A DNA stretch of 24,000 bases from an uncultured Oscillospiraceae bacterium (GTDB lineage Bacteria > Bacillota > Clostridia > Oscillospirales > Ruminococcaceae): contig CAYJJJ010000004.1 of the NCBI GenBank assembly GCA_964370465.1, positions 12,643 through 36,642 of the forward strand, written 5' to 3'. Position numbers and translations under genes: made by a program. Below the pieces are notes generated by a model that saw only the letters and a list, made by a program, of their open reading frames with translations, did not search any database and was not told where the DNA came from. Positions 8,929-15,733 of this stretch are shown here, piece after piece; the first letter of the stretch is position 1, and each line of letters begins with the position of its first letter.

Positions 8929-8987
8929 ACACAATGGCGTGTATGGTTTTGAATTTATTCAAAGTCCATACGCGCCAACATTTTTTT
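8929..8987 (+). promoter_or_regulatory. amtB-glnK 5' leader element: hexaloop hairpin overlapping a terminator-like hairpin just upstream of the RBS
   Basis: Hairpin ACAC (8929-8932), loop AAUGGC (8933-8938), GUGU (8939-8942). Large hairpin: 5' arm 8936-8946 pairs with 3' arm 8966-8976 (11 bp, one G-U pair), with an inner stem UUUGAA/UUCAAA. It is followed by AACA and then U7 (8981-8987). AGGAGG sits at 8988-8993 and the ATG at 9002. The 4-nt gap before the U-run makes this a weaker terminator than the other two. Confidence 0.5.
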
Positions 8988-9001
8988 AGGAGGTATTTAA
9001 T

Positions 9002-10678
9002 ATGTTTTCAGCAGTAGACACAATTTGGACGTTACTCGGGGCGGCGCTCGTCTTCTTTATGCAGGCGGGGTTTGCAATGGTAGAGACAGGATTTACAAGG
9101 GCGAAGAATGCCGGTAACATCATCATGAAAAACCTTATGGACTTCTCACTTGGTAGCGTTATGTTCTGGTTTATAGGTTTTGGGCTTATGTTTGGAGGCG
9201 ATGGCGCTTTTATTGGCGGTCTTGATTTTTTCATACAAGGTGATTATGGCTCGTCTATTCCATCGGCGGCATTTATTATATTCCAAACTGTATTCTGTGC
9301 CACAGCGGCAACTATTGTTTCAGGTGCGATGGCTGAAAGAACAAAATTCTCGACCTACTGTATCTACAGTATTATAATAAGTGCGGTTGTTTACCCAATT
9401 TCAGGTCACTGGATATGGGGAGGCGGCTGGCTATCACAGATGGGCTTCCACGATTTTGCAGGATCAACAGCAGTTCATATGGTAGGTGGTGTTGCGGCAC
9501 TTGTAGGAGCTAAGATAATTGGCCCTCGTATTGGAAAATTCAGCAAAAGCGGAAAGGTGCGAGCAATACCTGGTCACAGTTTAACACTTGGTGCTCTTGG
9601 CGTATTTATTCTTTGGTTCTGCTGGTTTGGATTCAACGGTGGTTCAACTGTTTCAATGACAGATGGCGCTATAGAGTCAGCGGCTAACATATTTATGACA
9701 ACAAACATAGCGGCGGCGGCAGCTGCAGCAGCTGTTATGATAATAACATGGATAAGATACAAAAAACCAGACGTATCGATGACACTCAATGGCGCGCTCG
9801 CAGGACTTGTTGGAATAACTGCTGGTTGTGATGTGGTTTCACCTACAGGTGCATTCTTTATAGGTTTAATCTCTGCATTTGTAGTAGTATTTGGAATTGA
9901 GTTTGTTGAGAAGATACTAAAAATTGATGACCCAGTTGGTGCTGTTGGCGTACATGGAATGTGCGGTGCTGTTGGTACAATACTCGTCGGTGTGTTTGCG
10001 CTCGAAGGCGGTCTTGCTTACGGCGGTGGATTTGACTATCTGATAGTTCAGCTTATAGGTGTTGGAGCGGTTATTGCTTGGGTTGCTGTTACCATGACAA
10101 TTGTATTTACAGTTCTTAAAAAGACAATCGGTATAAGAGTAACAAGGGCGGAAGAGCAAGCTGGACTCGATATAGAAGAGCATGGACTTGTAAGCAGTTA
10201 TGCAGACTTTGTGCCTGTAACTCACGGTGCAAACTTTGTTGCAAAACCAGAAGTAGAAGAGGCGCTCGAAGTGGCGGCTGTAGATGTTGCTATACCAGTA
10301 GTTGATAACTCAAAAGCAGGTGCTAAAATGACTAAAGTAGTTATCATAACAAAACGCAACAGGTTTGAACTTCTAAAATCAGCGCTTGACAGCATAGAGA
10401 TAACAGGTATGACTGTAACAGAAGTTCTCGGTTGTGGAATACAAAAAGGTGTTACAGAGCTATACCGTGGTACACCGCTTGAAACAACACTTCTACCAAA
10501 AATCAAAGTTGAGGTTGTTGTCTGCAAAGTGCCAGTACAAACTGTTGTAGATACAGTTAAAAAAGCGTTATACACAGGAAACATCGGCGATGGTAAAATA
10601 TTTATCTATGATGTTGAGAACGTTATAAAAGTTAGAACTGGCGAGCAGGGTTATGATGCTCTTCAGGATGTTGAATAA
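9002..10678 (+). CDS. amtB: Ammonium transporter (Amt family) fused in-frame to a C-terminal PII (GlnK/GlnB) nitrogen-signalling domain
   Basis: One uninterrupted 558-aa ORF. Residues 1 to ~400 are a multi-TM Amt domain (FFMQAGFAMVETG, DFAGSTAVHMVGG, FGFNGGS, DPVGAVGVHGMCG). An acidic linker of about 45 aa follows. The last ~115 aa, MTKVVIITKRNRFELLKSALDSIEITGMTVTEVLGCGIQKGVTELYRGT...GDGKIFIYDVENVIKVRTGEQG, are an unmistakable PII fold sequence with the T-loop Tyr. Confidence 0.9.
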   Translation: MFSAVDTIWTLLGAALVFFMQAGFAMVETGFTRAKNAGNIIMKNLMDFSLGSVMFWFIGFGLMFGGDGAFIGGLDFFIQGDYGSSIPSAAFIIFQTVFCATAATIVSGAMAERTKFSTYCIYSIIISAVVYPISGHWIWGGGWLSQMGFHDFAGSTAVHMVGGVAALVGAKIIGPRIGKFSKSGKVRAIPGHSLTLGALGVFILWFCWFGFNGGSTVSMTDGAIESAANIFMTTNIAAAAAAAAVMIITWIRYKKPDVSMTLNGALAGLVGITAGCDVVSPTGAFFIGLISAFVVVFGIEFVEKILKIDDPVGAVGVHGMCGAVGTILVGVFALEGGLAYGGGFDYLIVQLIGVGAVIAWVAVTMTIVFTVLKKTIGIRVTRAEEQAGLDIEEHGLVSSYADFVPVTHGANFVAKPEVEEALEVAAVDVAIPVVDNSKAGAKMTKVVIITKRNRFELLKSALDSIEITGMTVTEVLGCGIQKGVTELYRGTPLETTLLPKIKVEVVVCKVPVQTVVDTVKKALYTGNIGDGKIFIYDVENVIKVRTGEQGYDALQDVE

Positions 10679-10701
10679 ATAAAATTTAACAGTATACAAT
10701 T

Positions 10702-10753
10702 AAAAAAGACCTCCCATCTGTCGGATTAAATCTAACAGATGGGAGGTCGTTTT
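10702..10753. terminator. Bidirectional intrinsic terminator
   Basis: 14-bp perfect stem GACCTCCCATCTGT (10708-10721) / ACAGATGGGAGGTC (10735-10748). It is flanked by A6 on the left, which reads as a U-run for minus-strand transcripts. GTTTTA lies on the right. It sits after amtB-glnK and after the orphan repeat copy and XRE gene. Confidence 0.8.
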
Positions 10754-10792
10754 AATGTGAGTATAAAATAATTGAGGTTTTAAAATTCAAAC

Positions 10793-10855
10793 CTAAACCA
10801 TTCGCACTTTGCGCTCTTTTAGCTTGTTTGCTCGGTAGTTAGCACTGCCGAGGTG
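10793..10855 (-). repeat. 63-bp direct repeat, copy A: orphan duplicate of the last 20 codons plus stop of the glycyl-radical enzyme gene at 13358-14860
   Basis: It is base-for-base identical to 13358-13420 by manual alignment (CTAAACCATTCGCACTTTGCGCTCTTTTAGCTTGTTTGCTCGGTAGTTAGCACTGCCGAGGTG). On the minus strand it encodes HLGSANYRANKLKERKVRMV* with no upstream ORF. It lies 4 nt downstream of the XRE gene stop. Confidence 0.9.
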
Positions 10856-10859
10856 AAAG

Positions 10860-11096
10860 TTAAAATCCAGCGAAAAATTCATCATAACTACAACCATAGA
10901 TTTTGCGTAATTCTACAACAATGCTTATTGGAATATTTAGCTCACCATATTCATATTTAGCATAAGTGCTTCTGCCAATATCGCATCCAGCACGTTGCAA
11001 TTTAGCACAAAGCTTCTCTTGAGAAAGTTTATTAACAATTCTTAATCGTTTTAAGTTTATACCCATATTTAAATCACGTCTTAACTTTTGTTCCAT
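10860..11096 (-). CDS. XRE-family helix-turn-helix transcriptional regulator (78 aa)
   Basis: The pattern LKRLRIVNKLSQEKLCAKLQRAGCDIGRSTYAKYEYGELNIPISIVVELRKIYGCSYDEFF is typical of HTH_3/Cro-C1 proteins. RBS GGGAGAA lies 4 nt upstream of the ATG. Confidence 0.85.
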   Translation of the reverse strand: MEQKLRRDLNMGINLKRLRIVNKLSQEKLCAKLQRAGCDIGRSTYAKYEYGELNIPISIVVELRKIYGCSYDEFFAGF

Positions 11097-11157
11097 TAAA
11101 TTCTCCCAAAAATAAAATAATTGTAATAATAATTATTTTATGATATTATGAAGTAAG

Positions 11158-11183
11158 TAATTGACCGTTATATTGGTCAATTA
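11158..11183. promoter_or_regulatory. 9-bp perfect inverted repeat, candidate operator in the divergent XRE/membrane-protein intergenic region
   Basis: TAATTGACC (11158-11166), 8-nt spacer GTTATATT, GGTCAATTA (11175-11183). It is centred between the two divergent genes. Each arm contains a TTGACC -35-like hexamer. Confidence 0.5.
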
Positions 11184-11241
11184 GGTTTTGGGCAAAAGGT
11201 TATATAAGTAAAGGGTTTCAAATAATATTGTGGGAGGATTT

Positions 11242-13266
11242 ATGAATTGTAAAAAATGTAACACACTGATTCCATTGCATGGTGCATATTGTCCTAATTG
11301 TAAAGAGCCGGTTACGGATTTTGTGATTTTACAGAACGGTATACAAAATAGCTATGCAGATGAACAGAATTTTGATTATTATCAAAATGATACTTCTCAG
11401 CCAGAAAGTGAAACAGAAATTATTATACAACCACAGCAGGTAACAAATGATAACTCAAATAAATTTTTAGACAAACTCGAGCGAAAGATAAAAAAAATAA
11501 TTGATATTCTCATAAAATTCTTTAAAAGCTTAACTCCTATAAAAATATGCATACTGATAACATTTGCGATTGTAATAATTATAGGTTTTTCTTTCATTTT
11601 TAATAGTATTATAAGTTTTATTGATGAAATGAATGGTATTATAAGCATTGACAGTGAGTATAACGATTACATAGACTTAGAATATTCAGCAGCTTATAGA
11701 GATATAGAAAAAGAGGGATTTACTAATATAGAATTATTAGAATTAAATGACTTAGAAAGCAGTATTGATGACAAGCTAGTAACTGAGATAACTATTGATG
11801 GTGAATCAGAGTTTTACAGTGGCGATAAGTTTAGTTTAGATTCAAAAGTAGTTATAACATATCATACAGTTTTACAACTAACTTCACCACTAGATGCATC
11901 TCAAACAATAGGGAAAAACTTTGAGGAAATAAAAAATGAATTTGAATTAGCTGGTTTTAGCGATGTGCGAACAGTTGGACTTGAAGATTTGAAATCGGAT
12001 GACATAAATCTTTATAATGTTGAAGAGGTGACAATCGACAGTTCGCAAAATTTCAATTCAGAAGAAATGTTTCCAAAAGATTCTGTAATAAAAATTTACT
12101 ACCATTCACCAATGCAAATAGAGATTCCGGTCAGTTCTGAAGATATGGAATTTGAAAACTATGAATTATATTTGGATATGTTTGAGAGGGCAGGGTTTAC
12201 AAATATATCAACCGAAAAAATTGAAGATCTCATAATAGGTTTTCTTGTATCAGACGGAGAAATTGAAAAAGTAACTGTTGATGGTAATGATAATTTTCAG
12301 AAAGGTGAAAGCTATCCTCCTGATGTTGAAATAGTATTTTATTACCATACTTTCCCTGGCGACGATGAAGAAGAGAATACTGATGAAAACACTGAAGAAG
12401 CAGAATTGCTTGAAGAATATTTTCCGCAAGAGATGGCGAAACGAGCAATTATAGTTGCAATGACTAATCACAACGCTATAGATGTTTTCTCGGAAGACGG
12501 AAACACAAGAGACCCATCTAAGTTTCACAGCTATTCAGATAAATCAGATTATTATATAACCATATATGAAGATGGTGTTTGGGAAGCAGTCAATGATTAT
12601 ACTTGGTATGTCGAAGATTTGGTTCTTGAACTTCACGGCTATACATTCTTAAAGGTTTCACTTGAAATCGCTTATGATGAGATTTTTTATTATATTGAGA
12701 ATGGAACTCTCACAATAGCTAATCTTGAAAATATAAATTCGTCAGACCCTAATAAAATTTCAGTTGAAGAGCTGATAAACAATGCAAACAATCCTCAACT
12801 GACGGTTTCTCCGGATTTAATTGTTGAAGACAGAATAGAGGAATTTGATGATATTGAAGATGAATCTATTGATGAAGTTCCCGAAAGCATTCCTGATGAT
12901 TCAACATCTTCCGGAAGTGAATCAGGATTTTCGCACTATGAATGGAACAGCTGGGTTAATTCACAGTTTAGTATTTGGGATGGTTCGCACAATGATTTTG
13001 AGGAGTTAATCAAGGATAATTTAAATGATGAACGCTCATATAGTCACATAGAAACAACTTTTATAGCGATAAGTGATGAAAATGTAAAAAACGATGTTTT
13101 ATCAATTTTACAGGGAGCTGGCGTCAATACTACATTAGAAATATATGATGTATTTATTATGTGTGAATTTTCAGCAAAAAATGCTTTTGATGCTACAATT
13201 AAAAATACAGCACTTGGTGTTGTGAGCTATGAAAACAATACAATTACACTAATAACAGTTTTATAA
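11242..13266 (+). CDS. Zinc-ribbon, single-pass membrane protein with three tandem ~65-aa extracytoplasmic repeats, an acidic linker and two uncharacterised C-terminal domains (674 aa)
   Basis: The ORF track starts at GTG 11230. I prefer the ATG at 11242, preceded by GGGAGGA. N-terminal CKKCN...CPNCKEP is a zinc ribbon. The TM helix is ICILITFAIVIIIGFSFIFNSIISFI. Three repeats lie at 11680-11868, 11911-12108 and 12151-12351. They share the pattern (E/D)xxGFxx(I/V)...(V/I)xx(I/V)T(I/V)DG/S..F.....(F/Y)......V.I.YH. Acidic runs follow (DDEEENTDENTEEAE; EEFDDIEDESIDE). No homolog was recognised for the C-terminal part. Confidence 0.75.
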   Translation: MNCKKCNTLIPLHGAYCPNCKEPVTDFVILQNGIQNSYADEQNFDYYQNDTSQPESETEIIIQPQQVTNDNSNKFLDKLERKIKKIIDILIKFFKSLTPIKICILITFAIVIIIGFSFIFNSIISFIDEMNGIISIDSEYNDYIDLEYSAAYRDIEKEGFTNIELLELNDLESSIDDKLVTEITIDGESEFYSGDKFSLDSKVVITYHTVLQLTSPLDASQTIGKNFEEIKNEFELAGFSDVRTVGLEDLKSDDINLYNVEEVTIDSSQNFNSEEMFPKDSVIKIYYHSPMQIEIPVSSEDMEFENYELYLDMFERAGFTNISTEKIEDLIIGFLVSDGEIEKVTVDGNDNFQKGESYPPDVEIVFYYHTFPGDDEEENTDENTEEAELLEEYFPQEMAKRAIIVAMTNHNAIDVFSEDGNTRDPSKFHSYSDKSDYYITIYEDGVWEAVNDYTWYVEDLVLELHGYTFLKVSLEIAYDEIFYYIENGTLTIANLENINSSDPNKISVEELINNANNPQLTVSPDLIVEDRIEEFDDIEDESIDEVPESIPDDSTSSGSESGFSHYEWNSWVNSQFSIWDGSHNDFEELIKDNLNDERSYSHIETTFIAISDENVKNDVLSILQGAGVNTTLEIYDVFIMCEFSAKNAFDATIKNTALGVVSYENNTITLITVL

Positions 13267-13297
13267 AATAGGCTAATAATATTAGTAACTAATCTGA

Positions 13298-13339
13298 AAA
13301 ACACCCATCGTTTTGAATTTTCAAAACGATGGGTGTTTT
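13298..13339. terminator. Bidirectional intrinsic terminator
   Basis: Near-perfect long hairpin ACACCCATCGTTTTGAA / TTCAAAACGATGGGTGT (13301-13336). A-run on the left and T-run on the right. It lies between the convergent 674-aa gene and the glycyl-radical enzyme gene. Confidence 0.8.
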
Positions 13340-13357
13340 AAACCTACAAATATAATG

Positions 13358-13420
13358 CTAAACCATTCGCACTTTGCGCTCTTTTAGCTTGTTTGCTCGG
13401 TAGTTAGCACTGCCGAGGTG
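13358..13420 (-). repeat. 63-bp direct repeat, copy B: the functional 3' end (codons 481-500 plus stop) of the glycyl-radical enzyme gene
   Basis: Identical to 10793-10855. It starts exactly at the stop codon and ends exactly on a codon boundary (21 codons). Confidence 0.9.
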
Positions 13421-14860
13421 GATGGTGTTTTGAAGCACCGTTTCACCGCTCTCATGCTTTGCCATCTCACTGCGTTTAACAAGGTATCCAGTTATACGAA
13501 CAAGATCGGAGTCCGCTGCATAGAAGCTCATATAGTGAACACCCTCGCTAAATGCACCTTTGACAACGTCAGCAAGCGCCGCTGGGTTTTGTTCTATATT
13601 TGTAGCTATTGGGAATATATCGCCAACGCCCGCTGGGAAATATTTATGATATCTCGCAGAGTGGCGGAGATGATCGATAAAGTTATCTGGCTCATCACCG
13701 ACAGGGATGCGCACACCAGATGTAACTCCGATATCAGAATCAAGCCCTACCTGTGCATGAAGCACAAACTTGTTGTCAGTGAGAGGGGAGTATACTGCAT
13801 CAAAACTATCGACTGTCGCTTTAATCTTATCCATTATACGAACTGCCAAAATATTTGCCTCTTCATCTCTGCCATACTGCAAATCTTTATCTTTGAGCAG
13901 GCCATTAACAGCCTCCGCAAGACCAGTTACACCAAACATTGTAACAAACCTATCTTTATCCATAAGTCCTTCTTTTATCAGAAAATTTGACTCGAAGAAA
14001 CCGCTTTTTTCGACAAAGAATGAAACCCTCTCGTTTAAATAATCTGCCATTAGTTGCAAAACTTCAGGTAGCAGTTCTTCAACAAAATGCTCGACGCTAT
14101 TTGCATCTTCTATAAGTTTTGTGAGGGTTATTCTCGATAGGGTGTATGAGCCACCTGAAATCGGTAGGATATTATAACAGCTTGAAATGCCATACCCACC
14201 GTTATAGTAGTTAATATTTGCGGTGTCGTTGCAGATAGCGGGGTTTGAGCATTTTAATGAGGTTTTAACTGCAAGTGATAAAAAGTCATCAGTTGTCTTC
14301 TCGGGATTGTATTTAAGAGTTAAGTTTGGAACGGCATTCGAAAGCTCGCCGATAACTTTAATTATAAGCTCACCCGCCCTTGAAGGGGTAGCGGAGATAT
14401 TCGCATGGCAAAATGAGTCGGTAATAGTTCTGTCGAGGTAGGTGAAGAATAGTTTTAGTTTTCTCTCGACCTCCTCGTCGCTTATATCCTCGATAAAAGG
14501 CGCTATCATCGTATCTAAATCTCCGAGGTAAACAGGGAAGTTTGTAACAGATGGAACATGCCTATAAAGGGTCATGAGCGAGAAAATAAGTTCATCAAAA
14601 TCAGCTGGGGGAGTGAGTCCTAAAAATGCACTGCCGTTTTCTATGAATTTCTGATAATCTGGCATTGTGTATCTTGGGCAATATGGCGCTGAAAATCCCG
14701 ATAGGTCGTTTATAGCACCTGTTTCAAAAAAGTGCATCGCTCTCTCAGGGACATTTAAGACCTTCACCGAGCATGCTGCCGCATTCGCAAGTCCCATAAC
14801 CTTTTGTTCGTGGGTGAGCGTCTGCGAAGTTAATATGTTATATGCAAAATTGCTGTCCAT
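13358..14860 (-). CDS. yjjI: Putative glycyl-radical enzyme, YjjI-like family (DUF3029-type, ~500 aa), paralog 1
   Basis: 500 aa. The C-terminal glycyl-radical-type motif DLVRITGYLVKR has its Gly codon at 13487-13489. The gene lies immediately downstream of a radical-SAM activase. The ~500 aa size is much shorter than PFL-class enzymes and matches the YjjI family as I remember it. The protein aligns along its whole length with the ORF at 15730-17235. Confidence 0.65.
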   Translation of the reverse strand: MDSNFAYNILTSQTLTHEQKVMGLANAAACSVKVLNVPERAMHFFETGAINDLSGFSAPYCPRYTMPDYQKFIENGSAFLGLTPPADFDELIFSLMTLYRHVPSVTNFPVYLGDLDTMIAPFIEDISDEEVERKLKLFFTYLDRTITDSFCHANISATPSRAGELIIKVIGELSNAVPNLTLKYNPEKTTDDFLSLAVKTSLKCSNPAICNDTANINYYNGGYGISSCYNILPISGGSYTLSRITLTKLIEDANSVEHFVEELLPEVLQLMADYLNERVSFFVEKSGFFESNFLIKEGLMDKDRFVTMFGVTGLAEAVNGLLKDKDLQYGRDEEANILAVRIMDKIKATVDSFDAVYSPLTDNKFVLHAQVGLDSDIGVTSGVRIPVGDEPDNFIDHLRHSARYHKYFPAGVGDIFPIATNIEQNPAALADVVKGAFSEGVHYMSFYAADSDLVRITGYLVKRSEMAKHESGETVLQNTIHLGSANYRANKLKERKVRMV

Positions 14861-14878
14861 CGTATCTTCCTTTCAATA

Positions 14879-15733
14879 TTAAACGGTTAAAATATCTTTA
14901 AATCCTACCGACTGCGCAAGGGCTTTAAGCCTTTGCAACTCATCGTCACTTGTTGCAGGTAAACTACTATATTCGCCACGCACACCAATAGGGCGGAAGG
15001 CGATTAACTTTAGTTTTGTTGAAAGTCCTTTTTCACCGATAAGCTTTGCGGACTGGGTTATAATCCTATCTGCATCAACTTTTCCCGGTATTACAACTAT
15101 TCGAAGTTCGGTGAGTTTTCCCTCATCTGCGAAAAATTTCAGGTTTTTCCGAACTATATCATCGTTTCTATCAAGTGTTACATCATAATATACATCGCTA
15201 TCCCAAGACTTTACATCGAGCATAACGCCGTCGGTAACTGCCATAAGCTCATCTTCTTCTGTGAGGTCGATAGTGCCATTAGTGTCAATAAGGCAAGTTA
15301 GATTTTTTTGGCGCACGAGGCGGAAAAGCTCTGTTAGATATCCGATATTCAGGCAACATTCACCGCCCGAAACTGATATGCCTCGAATAAATGCACCGCT
15401 ATCCTCAATGATTTTAAGCGTGTCTGCCGGTGTCTGTCGCTCGACTTTAGGGGATGCGAAGTGCGGACATACTCGAATACATTCATCGCACTTCACGCAT
15501 TTATTCTTATCCCACAAAACTGCATCACCGCTTTGGGTGAGCGCCTTTGTAGGACATAATAAAACGCACTCTCCACACCCGATACAAAAGTTTTGAGTTT
15601 CGGGGTTGTGGCAGTATTTGCATTTTATATTGCAGTTTTGAAGAAATATCGATGTGCGAGCACCGGGACCATCGACTGTGCTTATAGGGATAATGTTATT
15701 TACATATGCAAAAGAGCTTTGCCCGTTTATCAT
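14879..15733 (-). CDS. yjjW: Glycyl-radical enzyme activating protein (radical SAM, YjjW-like)
   Basis: 284 aa. The radical-SAM cluster motif is CNIKCKYCHNPET (CX3CX2C), preceded by VDGPGARTSIFLQNC. Two ferredoxin-like motifs follow: CIGCGECVLLCP and CVKCDECIRVCP. The ATG overlaps the upstream gene stop (ATGA at 15730-15733). Confidence 0.85.
   Translation of the reverse strand: MINGQSSFAYVNNIIPISTVDGPGARTSIFLQNCNIKCKYCHNPETQNFCIGCGECVLLCPTKALTQSGDAVLWDKNKCVKCDECIRVCPHFASPKVERQTPADTLKIIEDSGAFIRGISVSGGECCLNIGYLTELFRLVRQKNLTCLIDTNGTIDLTEEDELMAVTDGVMLDVKSWDSDVYYDVTLDRNDDIVRKNLKFFADEGKLTELRIVVIPGKVDADRIITQSAKLIGEKGLSTKLKLIAFRPIGVRGEYSSLPATSDDELQRLKALAQSVGFKDILTV

Noticed and set aside
9710-9733. 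GCN-rich tract (GCGGCGGCGGCAGCTGCAGCAGCT) as a possible simple repeat or slippage site
   Set aside because: It encodes an Ala8 run inside a transmembrane helix of the Amt domain, in-frame and with mixed codons. It is not a homogeneous microsatellite.
10856-13357. Classical IS element or transposon, or an intact integrative element
   Set aside because: No transposase, integrase or recombinase ORF is present. I could find no terminal inverted repeats at the insert ends. The 63-bp duplication is too long for a transposition target-site duplication.
13418-13990. Long antisense ORFs inside confidently called genes: 13418-13990+, 13770-14042+, 1368-1697+, 2974-3402+, 4430-4777+, 6688-7020-, 7936-8241-, 9917-10225-, 10222-10584-, 12250-12528-, 15261-15596+, 19225-19626+, 21433-21759-
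   Set aside because: They are shadow frames opposite genes with strong homology signatures. Their translations are low-complexity or Cys/Arg/Ser-rich and lack RBSs. No evidence supports any of them as a real gene.
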